The notes: generated by a model from the sequence alone, not told the origin. A DNA stretch of 64,000 bases from Monocercomonoides exilis PA203 (GCA_001643675.2 LSRY02000005.1:310001-374000); one strand, 5' to 3'. Shown: positions 53,007-64,000, counted from the first letter of the stretch. A program made the numbers and translations.

Positions 53007-53253
53007 GAATTTTATATTGAAACGAATGACGTTTTTTGATTCGTCTGCTGCTCAAGCCATTAAGTATTTGCTTCAAACAAATGCTTTCTGGTACCCCAGT
53101 TTTCGCTCAAGAGCAAAACAAATGGGGCTAGGCTGATTCCGTCCTGGGACTGTGCTGTGACCGGTCCAGCACAGTCCCTTGAAGGCTTTGGGTCCAGAAT
53201 CAGCCTCCCAGGGTAGACAATCATTAAATAAATTCGTTTCAATATTGAAATTC
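53007..53253 (+). ncRNA. Unassigned multibranched structured RNA candidate (3'UTR element or ncRNA)
   Basis: Nested stems: 53014-27/53232-45 (14 bp perfect), 53043-49/53212-18, 53062-70/53078-86, 53094-98/53123-27, 53130-39/53197-206 (10 bp perfect), 53146-57/53167-78 (12 bp perfect). G-U pairs favour the + strand. Followed by a T run. Confidence 0.6.
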
Positions 53254-54390
53254 TTTTTTTTCATTAGTTTTATTTTTTCTGTTTTTCAAATGTCGGCATT
53301 TGATGTTTTATTATAAAGTATCACATTGATTTCTATTTAAAATATTCATTTTTCAATTAACTTTTGTTCAGTGAAATGATCAAGAAATGTATTATATTAA
53401 TATTGAATTATAATTCACAAGTTTTCTACACATTTTCAGAGCAGATTGGATTAGTAATTTAAAGTGCGTTGAAAAAAAACAAGAACTTTCGTTGATTTAG
53501 CTTTGAATTAACAATAATATTTGTATTAACTGAAATTGAAAAGCAAATCATTCAATGATTTATCTATTGACATTGATCAAAAAGCGAATTCATAAAGTTT
53601 GTTTTCATTGCAACAATGAAATATGCTATTTAACGATCAATTGTGAATGATTTATAAATGCAACTGTTGCTTTTGAACAATTTGCTGTAACACTTTCTTT
53701 TCAGAAAATTGAAATGCCTGCGAAGCGTTTTTGAAGCACGGAAAAACACTAACAAAGATTCATAAATATTGCCTGAATGATGAATAACACTTCAATATAG
53801 ACCAAAATATTTTTTGGAATTCACTTTTTGTTACAATGAAGATTTTGAATGCAGAGATAAATAGTTTGTTAATAAGGAAATAAGTGAAAATGAACGAAGA
53901 AAGGAACTGAGAAAAAAGAATCCGAAAAAAAGAACAAAATTCAGAGATCAAAGGAAAGTCCAAAGATAAGCATCCAATTGAAAACATGGCTTATGAATAT
54001 TATGTTCAAATCACAGAAAAATCTGCGGGAATCTTATAACGGAGTTTGTTGTTTGCATCATATTGCTTATATTTATTGTGAAGCTGATTAAGCTTTATTC
54101 ATCCTTCTTTCGTTTTTTTTGTTAGAGCGCATTTACACAAATATTCATAAAAAGATTTTTCTTTCTTTTTCCTTCTTTGCGTATATGTGATCTGAATTAC
54201 TTTTTTTGATGATAAGAATAAATGTTATTTATATATTAATATTTTCAAGGAAAGTTACTTTGTTCCCGTTTTGTGAGTGATAGTGTTCAACTTCTTTGTG
54301 AAGTTCACCAACAACAACTTCAATAATGAAATTTTATGTCTTCTTCTACTCCATCTGATCTTTCTTTAGTTGTATTCTCAAATAATCCGG

Positions 54391-55546
54391 TTTCTTCTTC
54401 TTCTCCTCCTTCTCCTTCCTCTTCTCCTCCTCCTCTTCTCCTCCTCCTCTTCTCCTCCTCCTCTTCTCCTCCTCCTCTTCTCCTCCTCCTCTTCTCCTCC
54501 TCCTCTTCTCCTCCTCCTCCTCTTCTCCTCCTTCTCCTTCCTCTTCTCCTCCTCCTCTTCTCCTCCTTCTCCTTCCTCTTCTCCTCCTCCTCTTCTCCTC
54601 CTCCTCTTCTCCTCCTCCTCCTCTTCTCCTCCTTCTCCTTCCTCTTCTCCTCCTCCTCTTCTCCTCCTCCTCCTCTTCTCCTCCTCCTCTTCTCCTCCTC
54701 CTCTTCTCCTCCTCCTCCTCTTCTCCTCCTTCTCCTTCCTCTTCTCCTCCTCCTCTTCTCCTCCTCCTCTTCTCCTCCTCCTCCTCTTCTCCTCCTTCTC
54801 CTTCCTCTTCTCCTCCTCCTCTTCTCCTCCTCCTCCTCTTCTCCTCCTCCTCTTCTCCTCCTCCTCTTCTCCTCCTCCTCCTCTTCTCCTCCTTCTCCTT
54901 CCTCTTCTCCTCCTCCTCTTCTCCTCCTCCTCTTCTCCTCCTCCTCTTCTCCTCCTCCTCCTCTTCTCCTCCTTCTCCTTCCTCTTCTCCTCCTCCTCCT
55001 CTTCTCCTCCTCCTCCTCTTCTCCTCCTCTTCTCCTCCTCCTCTTCTCCTCCTCCTCTTCTCCTCCTCCTCCTCTTCTCCTCCTTCTCCTTCCTCTTCTC
55101 CTCCTCCTCTTCTCCTCCTTCTCCTTCCTCTTCTCCTCCTCCTCTTCTCCTCCTCCTCTTCTCCTCCTCCTCTTCTCCTCCTCCTCTTCTCCTCCTCCTC
55201 TTCTCCTCCTCCTCTTCTCCTCCTCCTCCTCTTCTCCTCCTTCTCCTTCCTCTTCTCCTCCTCCTCTTCTCCTCCTTCTCCTTCCTCTTCTCCTCCTCCT
55301 CTTCTCCTCCTCCTCTTCTCCTCCTCCTCCTCTTCTCCTCCTTCTCCTTCCTCTTCTCCTCCTCCTCTTCTCCTCCTCCTCCTCTTCTCCTCCTCCTCTT
55401 CTCCTCCTCCTCTTCTCCTCCTCCTCCTCTTCTCCTCCTTCTCCTTCCTCTTCTCCTCCTCCTCTCTTCTCCTCCTCCTCTTCTCCTCCTCCTCTTCTCC
55501 TCCTCCTCTTCTCCTCCTCTTCTCCTCCTCTTCTCCTCCTCCTTTT
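54391..55546. repeat. 1.16-kb pure polypyrimidine complex tandem repeat
   Basis: No purine seen on the + strand; shuffled units cttct(cct)n and ccttctccttcctctt. Confidence 0.95.
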
Positions 55547-58500
55547 ATTTTCCTCCTTTTATTTATTCCAAAGAAGAAAATAATCTTATGTTACAGCATC
55601 AGCGATACGATAACTGTGCAGGCGTCAATCCTTTTTCGTCAAGATTTTCAAATTTTCTCTGTCAGATTGTTTGGAAAGACATTCACAGAGATCAACAACG
55701 TGAGATGAGTGCAATACGCGTTGAGTAATTGCTCAGGAGAAATAATGAATGAGAAAGGAAGAGAAAGAGAAAAGAAGAAGAACTCAGAAATTGAGCTACG
55801 ACACCACGAGGTAGCGAATGAGATGATGGCACTGCAATCGGTACAAAGCGAATGGAAAGAAGGCAGAAGGAGAGAAGACGACAAGGCAATCGAAGTGGCT
55901 TCGTGGAAGCAAACATAACAAGAAGTGGAAAAAAAGAAACTTGTTTTCTAACTGTGGCTGTCGGGGAATGATGGAGAGGAGAAGCTGAAGACCGAAAAGC
56001 AGCAGATGCATGAGAAGAAGGAGATTGTTACGAACCTGAAGCATTATATATATAAACCTATGTTAATGCACAATATTTTTACACGGACCAAGGCGAAACT
56101 TACGTTGCATTTGACTCACTTGTTGTCAATGCTATCGCTAACGATGATATTCTAAGAGGAATAGCGTTTTGAGGAGCAAATGAAAAAGCTGGCATGGAAC
56201 AACAAAGAAAAGAGGAGAATGATGATTGAGGAGAACAAACGAGAGATTATGCAGAGAGAGAATAAGGAGAAAGCAAAGAACGCAGAAAAGTCAAATACTT
56301 CAAAAATTATTGTCACAGTTCATCCTTTTGCAGATGTGTCTCAGAAGTCGCAAACGGTAAAAGCATCCCACAAGACATATAAGTGAACACCGTTTCTCAT
56401 CCAACCTCGCTTCCATCCACTTTTTCAATTTTCAATATCATCTATGAGCAGCCAAGGCAACCTCTTTCCTTCCAAGTGAAAAAAACCAGTTAGGTCAACA
56501 AAATTCAACTTGTCAATTTTCAAGAGATAATCTCCTGCTTGGACGAGCTTGTATCTGTTATGAAGCAGTACCTGATACCATTCAATAAAATTTGTGGAAC
56601 AGGAGATGGTCAAGTGGACTGGAGAGTAATTAAAAGTGACAAAGAAGTTGAAGAGGTTCAGGAAAGAGCAGACAGAAAAGGAAAAGGAAAAACTTCATGC
56701 GGAGCTGAGGAAGCTGAATGAAGGAGAAAAGACAGGCGAAAAGATGACTGCGAAGTTGAATTAGAAATCGGAGTTAAGGGGACGCATAGAAGAGAAAAAG
56801 AGGATTTTGAAGAAGGAGAACGAGTAGAGCAAAGAGTTTGTGCAGAACGATAAGCTGCCACAGTTTGTGAGCCCCCCGAACAGTAAAACTTCTCAGGTAT
56901 ATCCAATATCTTCTTCTTCTCCTTTTTCTTCTGCTGATGCTTCAAATTTGAGGTCATCAAGAACAAACATCTTCAAAAGTTTTCTGAAAACATGATTGAC
57001 TTTTCGGTTTCCACATAATTCTCATTATGGCTGGATTTAAGAGGAGAAATGGCAAAGACAGATGAACAGAAATGTGAAATATGTATGACTGGTTATATGA
57101 GCATTTTTTTGGAGTTGTTTTGTATGATTTTCGTAATTTTTTTTTATATATATGTACTGAAGGATCAGAATATATTTGTTTTTCTTATTAGTAATTTTGT
57201 GCTTTCATGAAACAACTTAAATATTTGTTGTTATCACTTTTCTTCTTTTTCTTCTTCTTTCTCATCCATGAACTTTTTTGACTCATTTCAGAATATGTAA
57301 TTTCACTATCTCATCTTCTGAGTGACATCTCAGCTATTCAAGCCGCTCTCATCGCGCAAATTCGCTTCCTCTGCCCTGCCAGCGAAGATACAATTTCACT
57401 TCCTTCTTTTCTCCAAAAATAGAAAACAATAAAATTTTCTACAAACACTTCTTGGCCTTCTGCCACCAGGACTATTCATTTTCCAGGTGCAGATGAGCAC
57501 ACCACATGCACCACTTCCTTCTGTGATGATTCATGGAAACCACTGAAGAAGGGATGAAAGAGATGCAGGGAGAGAAAGTGAGGAAGAAGAAATGAGGCTT
57601 GAACTGCCGTTTTGCCAGGATCTGCACTCAATATCATCATTATTGATGCTTCTGGAGGTGCATCAAGGAAATTTTGTGGAGCGGCTGGAAAAGAGAGAGA
57701 GAAAGAGAAAACAGAAAAATAAAAGGAAGAGAAGAGGAAGAGAGAAGAGAGAAGAGCAAAAAAATAAAGAATTTTAGGAAACAGCCCAAATGATGGAAAA
57801 GAAAAAGATAAGCAAGGAAAGCCAGAAGAGAAACATGAGAAAGAAGCGAAAGACTGAAAAGAAGAGAAGGCCAAAGAAGGCACGGAAGAAAAGAAGGAGA
57901 AGAAAAAAAGAGGGAGTGAGAGATAAAAAAAAATAAAAAGAAATGCAATCCGAAGGAGAACTTTTTTTTCTGTTTATGGAGAAAAATTATCTCAAAATGC
58001 CTCGCTTTGAAAAGAACAGTTTGCAACTAATTTGTTAGATAAAATGAGTCTCAAATTCAATATTGTTTCAATTTTTTTTTTTTTTTGGACTTAGAAACAC
58101 AGACAGATTATATTTTTAAAAAACATTATTGACATTTTTTAACTGCGAATCGATAATTACTGTGAAGAATAAAATGCCAGTTTTGAAGAAAAGAAAAAAA
58201 TGAAAACGAGAAATATATGGAATTCAATGAAACTTTTAAAACAACAATAATATTCAGTTTAATAAGAGAATGAATAGATTACAAACAACTTACACTCAAT
58301 TTATTGCAAAATTTGATACAATATTGGATAGTGTTGTTGCATATTTGAAACAAACAATAAAGTGATTAAGTTTTTCATTATTGTTCACGATTGTGCGAAA
58401 CAGTAACATTTGACAAAATTTTTCCAAATCGAAATGATTGCATTTCTATTGGATAGCGCAAAATTATCATAATAGATCATAAACATTCATGCAATATGTG

Positions 58501-58707
58501 CGAACCGTAAAAGTTGTTTTTCATCAAAAAAGACAAATATCAAACAAGTTACGTTTTTAATAATGGTCATCCAACAATAATCATTAAAAAAACTATTTTT
58601 TTTTATAATTGTTGACTTGAAAGTTGATGACTGATATTATTCATGATGCCTGAAAGCATTTTTGATGTTTGAAAACAGTTTTTTCATAATCTTAAACTTA
58701 CCCCGAA

Positions 58708-58736
58708 AAAAAGTATGATCCCAAAAATAATTACCC
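58708..58736 (-). repeat. Right TIR of the giant element
   Basis: aaaaagtatgatcccaaaaataattaccc, followed by ATCT. Confidence 0.85.
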
Positions 58737-59005
58737 ATCTTTCTTTGAAATTTAATTTTTCATTATTCATTTGTCCATTTTTAACTATTTTAACCACTGT
58801 GTTTGATGGAGAATTTGTTATTGAAACTGTAAAACATGCGATGTTCAAAAGAAACAGAAAATAAAACATATACGACTTTTTTAAAAGATTTATCTATATT
58901 GTTTATGAACATGAAAAAATCGAGAAACAGAACGTTTGTTAAAATCTTTGAAAATAAACATTCTAATTCCCCATTATTTCGAAAAAATTCTTCTCCATCA
59001 AATTA

Positions 59006-59401
59006 CAGGTATCGCAAAAAAATGCCGAACATTGCACAAAATTCCGGACAAGATCGATTTCAAAATAACTGCAAGAAGGAAAATTAGACAATTTTCCTCA
59101 AAAGATATCTCATCAACACAAACTCATTTGATATTCATAATTTACTAAGCTTTATCGTTTGTGCTCAGAAAAAGTTGTATTAAAAAACTCGAAGAAACTC
59201 AAAATCCAATTTCTCCGAAATTTCAAAAATGATTTTTACTGAGCACAAATGAGGGTATTTTGAAAGTTTTGTGTATCACTTTTGTTTGTATTAACTAGAT
59301 GTATTTTGAGGAAAATTGTCAGAATTATTCCTCTTGTAGTTTTTGTGACGTCGATCTTGTCATGTATTTTGTGCGATCTCCAGTATTTTATGCGACATCT
59401 G
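59006..59401. mobile_element. 396-bp foldback MITE with CAG...CTG ends and TA TSD (Tc1/mariner/pogo-type)
   Basis: Imperfect palindrome centred near 59203: gacaattttcctcaaaa/ttttgaggaaaattgtc, gacaagatcga/tcgatcttgtc, tttgtgctcag/ctgagcacaaa. TA on both sides. Confidence 0.8.
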
Positions 59402-60381
59402 TATTAGAATTTTCAAATGAAAATATCAATGAAAGTTGCGGTACACTTCTTTCGGTCAAGATAAATAATGTGTGATTGCTTTTCAAATCATAATTTTTTA
59501 GGGTTTGTTAATAATGTGAAAAAATTAATTGCTTTATGAATTTTGTTCCACACAATTGTTTCTGAATTTTTTCTCAATTAATTGTCTTTTTCTTTATTCT
59601 AATTCACAGGAATGTCAGATGAAAAAAACGCTCTGAAGAAAAAGTCTGGAACAAATCATTGAATTGTTCATTAAGACAAAAATATTATCCCAAATTCAAA
59701 AGTTTTTCATCATCAGCAGAAAATTTCCTATCCAAATGTGTGATTCTTTTTGAAAAGTCGCAAATGTTTAATATTCTTATGAATCAAATATTTCACATTT
59801 AGCTCATATTTTTGTTTCCACTCACGAATCTTTTTCAGAATGAATGAAATAACAATATCCAGGAATAGATTCCATAAAAGTGAAGTTTGGTGTGTGAAAA
59901 CTAAAATTTGAGCAAAATATGAAAATTATTGTTTTTTGATAATTAAACATTTGCGATTTTTCAAAAAGAATTACCCAAATGTTGAGTGAAAGACAATTAT
60001 AACAAATGCCAAATTTGGAAATGAAAAAACAGCTGAGGTACCATATAATAGCTTCATTTCTTTTCAGGGTTTATTTATGACTATACAAAACGAGAATTCA
60101 AACTGTAAAATAATAAAAAAGAAAAAACTTGAAAGCAAAAATTATTGCACATATTTCGTTTTCACGAAAATGAAAGTCTGATTTGGACAATGAATTGATA
60201 TTGATTTGATTTATATGAAGAAATATATCAGAATTTTTCCTCTTGTGGTCACAGAGAAAAGGATGTTGAACAATATTTTGTGTGATGTCCCATATTTGAG
60301 ACATAATCAATATTTCTGTTCAAAGACACATGACATATTATCATTATCTGAAGTTTTCATAACAAAATTCAGAACATTAAG

Positions 60382-60859
60382 AACACCTCTGTGACATGAC
60401 AAGAGAAAATTGAAAAAATGACAAAATGACTGACACGATATTTATGATTTGTCAAAAAGGGTAATTTGTAACTATTTCATAATTCTTAATTACAATAATA
60501 ATTTATTTGAAAATCCACATAAAATAATTCTTATTATTTAAAAAAATCATATTTTTTTTCTAATGTGATCAAGTTCCCAATATTTATTTTATTTGACACG
60601 AAATGTCAGTTAAGGAATATTTTTGTCACAATTTGTCATTGACCGTCACTGACGGTCACTGACAAAATACAAAAAACGACAAGATATTACAGATCCTATC
60701 AACAAATCATTTCCAATGTGCTATGAAAAGTCTTTTGAAGTTTTAGCAATCGTATGTTTTATATTAGTTTTAAAAAATTAAATTTAATTTTATTTTATTT
60801 TATTTTATTTTTTTTGTGACAGACGAGGCTTCAAGTTATTTGTCAGGTCACAGAGGCCT
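60382..60859. mobile_element. ~470-bp MITE, CCTCTGTGAC family (copy B)
   Basis: TIR cores at 60386 and 60856; collinear with copy A; direct repeat aacattaag at 60373-60381 and 60860-60868. Confidence 0.9.
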
Positions 60860-60988
60860 AACATTAAGTAAATCAAGTGATTGATTTCACAAAAAAAAAA
60901 AAAAATAAAATAAAATAAAAAAAAAATAAAATAAAAAATAAAATAAAAAAATTATATATCAGTCTATTTGTTGTTTTTTTTAGTAAAT

Positions 60989-61243
60989 GGGTGATTATTT
61001 TTGAAAAAATATTTTTTCGAAGAAAAATTTCGGTACAAAAATTTTATTTTGAATTTTGTCAATGAACACAGAAAAGAAATAACTTAAACAAAAATTATCT
61101 CTGTCTTTCTTTCTTATCAAACAATGTCTTTTGATTCAATAAAATGAATAAAACATTTCAACAAATGTTTTATTTTCGAATTCATAAAACTTTCTTAATT
61201 ATCCACACACCGAAAAATGTTATGATTTCAAATATAATAACCC
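60989..61243. mobile_element. 255-bp MITE with Sola2-like ends (copy 2)
   Basis: Starts gggtgattatttt and ends aatataataaccc; AAAT on both sides (60985-60988, 61244-61247); left part similar to 1171-1230. Confidence 0.8.
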
Positions 61244-61743
61244 AAATTTTTTTAAACATGGGACAAAATATTTTTCTTTAAGCATTTTCATTGAAAAATT
61301 ATGAACTTTTCATTGACTTTTTGAGACCATAAAACGCAATAAAAATGGGTGCATTTTTTGGCTTTCGTGAGATGTCCCTATTCTTTATGTTTTGATTTCA
61401 ATGATTCCTGTTTAAAAATTATTAAGTCCGATTTATTTTGAAATCTGAGAAAGAGAAGTGAAGTTATAAGAAAAGCTATTTTTCAATGCTTCGTGCAAAA
61501 AATGCTTGAAAGTCCATATTTACCCCCACATATTTTTGAATAATTTATTAACAACACACTAATAGTGAAAAAGAACTTTCTTTTAAAAAAATGTTACAAA
61601 ATCATCTTTAAAAAAAAGAATTATATAAAAAATAAAAAATGGAGAATCAATATTTCGATAGTGAAAAAAATAATATTAGAAACAAACATTAGATGTAAAT
61701 GTTTTGTAGTAGATAAAATAAGACAATTAAATCTTTTTTTGCT

Positions 61744-61817
61744 GGCCCTGTAGCGTAGCTGGATAGCGTGTGGGATTTCTAATCCCGAGGTCGTGGGTTC
61801 GAATCCCACCAGGGTCG
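61744..61817 (+). tRNA. tRNA-Arg (anticodon TCT)
   Basis: GGCCCTGTAGCGTAGCTGGATAGCGTGTGGGATTTCTAATCCCGAGGTCGTGGGTTCGAATCCCACCAGGGTCG followed by a poly-T Pol III terminator. Confidence 0.97.
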
Positions 61818-62515
61818 TGTTTTTTTTCCATATTGCTGATTTGATAACTTACAACCTATTTCATTTGTACAAATGATTCATGAAAAACAGAAATCAATAG
61901 AAAAATTTGAGATTTGATTGCTGATTTTTTTATTTTCATATATAAAAATTGATGAACAGTATTCAATTTTCTTTTGTAATTTTCTTTTGAAAAAATGAAT
62001 AATTCCTTAACCTTTTCTTATTTCATTTTTTATTCAATGAAAACACACACATATATGATTTAATAAGAATTCATATATCATTAGAACTTGGTTTTCAACG
62101 ATCTTTTCATTGATTTCATTGCGAAAGTTGCATTATTCTTGAATTGTTGGAAAAAAACTGAAAAATATCTGTAATCATGAATTTTTGGATAAGAAACATT
62201 TAACAAAATTTGCAATGCTTTATTGTGAATATTTCTTTTCAATTATTGCAGAAACTCGTCAAAGGGCTAACTTTCTTATTGATTTATCTGATATGAAAAA
62301 TTTTATTTGTTTGAATGTATTTACCAAACATGTGTATTTTCAACACATCTGCTTTAAAAAATCACAACCGAAAATGATTGATTCAAATTCGCTTCAATAT
62401 TGCATATAATTTTTAAAGCTTTTCGCAAACAAACCAAATTATAATTTGGATTAAACTGCGTAAACAACATAAAAATGATCATATATGCCATAGCTTAGTA
62501 TTATAACATCCGAAA

Positions 62516-64000
62516 ATGGTACATCCTCTGATTCAGATTGGCCTTTCGGCTGGAATGCTTCTTACAGGAACTTTAAATACTGTGTCTAAAAAACTCCAAT
62601 TTCAAGTTTGCGTACCAGGTGACGACACTTGTCCTGGTGATTTAAAGAGTTTTGAATTTTTTTTTCAAATAAAAATAACTTAGTCCTTGTGAAATTTTGT
62701 TCAGATTGTGATTTAACAGTCCATCCTTCAAATCATAAATTTGATAAGGTTATCATTTCTTTTAATTGAGATTTCATAACAAAGATTTTTAGCCTTTCAC
62801 TCAAAGTGGCTGTATGTTTCTTGGAGAAGCAACATGCCTTCTGTTTCATGCATTTTTGCTATTTAAGAATAGAAATAAACCAAAATCGCCAGAAGAAGCT
62901 GGACGTACAATGAAGCAAACTATTTTCAGAACTATAAAATACTTTCCATTGTTTATAATGCTTGCATTTTGCGATATGGTTGGAACAACTTTAGCAGCAA
63001 TTGGTCTTGTTACAATTCCATCATCTATTTACCAATTGTTTCGCGGTTCTATCATTATTTTCTCAAGTATATGGTCTGTTACTTTCTTGAGACAAAAATA
63101 TGGTTGGTACAAATGGGTCGGCATCGCTCTGGTTGTTACAGGTCTTTTGATAGTTGGACTTTCAGGAGTACTTAACAACTTAACATCAAAGAATTCCATA
63201 TCAACAGGTAAATATATATTGGGGATTGTTCTTGTTATTCTTGGACAGCTGGCAAACAGGTTTGAAATAAACATTCAACAGTTTTAAACATTAACAATTT
63301 TTATATAAATGCTTCTTAAAGCACACAAATGATTTTTGAGGAGAAATACTTGAAATCAGCAAATCTTCAACCTCTGCTAGTTATTGGATTTGAAGGAATT
63401 TTTGGGTTTCTTATGTGCGTTGCAGTGGCATATCCAATTGTATCTTCAATTCCAGGTGATGATTGCAACAAATACGAGAACGTGTTAGATGCTTTAACCA
63501 TGCTCGGGCAAAATACTTTTTTGCTAATTATGTTTCTGTGCTATTTTGCTTCAATTTCTTTTTACAATGGGCTGGGATTGACAGTGTGTTTCTTTATCAT
63601 TATTTATATAATTATTAATGTGTTTGCAAACGTTAACTATAAAAATTTCTTTCATCCCCCCCCCCATTTTTGAAAAATATTTTCAAAAAAAAAAATAGGT
63701 ATCGAAACTTCTTTCAGCAGTTCACCGCACGTTGATTGATGCGTGCCGATCAATTTTCGTATGGCTGTCGATGCTTATTGTTAATTGGTGTACAAAAGAA
63801 TCATTTGGAGAGCCTTGGCTGCAATACTCCTGGATACAGGTTATTGGATTCATTCCGCTTGTGATAGGAACTCTTATTTACAATCACGTCATCCCAATTG
63901 ATGAATGGGTGAAGAAGCTGAGGAAGTCAAAGCAGACAGCAGAAGTCAGCGGAGGAGAAGACAAGCCTTTGCTCTCATCTCAGGATGACATTCCATATCA
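62516..64000 (+). CDS. SLC35F6-like (DMT/nucleotide-sugar transporter superfamily) protein, multi-exon, runs off the window end
   Basis: GMLLTGTLNTVSKKLQ, MFLGEATCL, CDMVGTTL, SIYQLFRGSIIIFS, FEEKYLK, GFEGIFG, SISFYN, LSAVHRTLIDACRSIFVW, IGTLIYN; short AT-rich introns. Confidence 0.9.

Larger units (their letters stand above)
41516..58736 (+). mobile_element. Giant (17,221 bp) Sola2-like DNA transposon with cargo
   Basis: Left end gggtaattctttttgggatcatacttttt and right-end reverse complement gggtaattatttttgggatcatacttttt are 28/29 identical. ATCT flanks both sides (41512-41515, 58737-58740). Encloses a DDD transposase gene. Confidence 0.8.

Noticed and set aside
52687-53253. Fanzor/TnpB nuclease with an omega-RNA, suggested by the structured RNA at the gene's 3' end
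   Set aside because: No RuvC motifs or C-terminal zinc finger. The catalytic motifs are Sola-type DDD, and the RNA lies 5.5 kb from the element end.
53007-53253. SRP, RNase P/MRP or U1 identity (short matches ctaccctgggaggctga on the minus strand and acaaatggggct on the plus strand)
   Set aside because: No SRP helix-8 motif, no CR-I partner for P4, and no ACUUACCU 5' end. The short matches are probably chance.
48400-53750. Short TIRs close to the transposase gene (atcgttaaata/tatttaacgat)
   Set aside because: An 11-bp AT-rich match with no TSD; the 41516/58736 pair is far better supported.
54336-55728. 415-aa and 452-aa Ser/Pro/Leu ORFs
   Set aside because: Open only because a C/T-only tract cannot contain stop codons.
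55580-57950. Coding-like purine-rich fragments in the right arm of the giant element
   Set aside because: Short, stop-riddled and without a recognisable domain; probably decayed cargo but not assignable.
1-64000. CRISPR array, rRNA or retroelement
   Set aside because: No repeat-spacer periodicity, rRNA motifs, or reverse transcriptase/integrase motifs seen.

Overview
Eukaryotic genomic DNA with AT-rich intergenic space, short GT-AG introns, the standard code and Ser-rich low-complexity proteins. The gene families resemble those of the oxymonad Monocercomonoides (inference). Host genes are a 2699-aa beta-helix/TM/pseudokinase receptor-like protein, a 4385-aa Wee1/Myt1-family kinase, an SLC38/AAAP amino-acid transporter, an SLC35F6-like transporter, tRNA-Gln(CTG) and tRNA-Arg(TCT), plus several pseudogene fragments. 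Main finding: a 17.2-kb DNA transposon (41516-58736) with 29-bp TIRs, GGG...CCC ends and an ATCT 4-bp target duplication. Its five-exon gene encodes a Sola2-like DDD transposase with a complete USP (peptidase C19) deubiquitinase inserted in frame. A multibranched structured-RNA candidate follows the gene directly, and the cargo includes a decayed gene with an exact 76-aa ubiquitin-like domain ending in GG. Two ~255-bp MITEs share the element's ends. A second TIR family has three insertions, each with a 9-bp duplication set off from the TIR core by variable 4-nt and 3-nt spacers; one carries a host-gene relic. A TA-flanked foldback MITE is also present. All calls come from reading the sequence; no searches were run.
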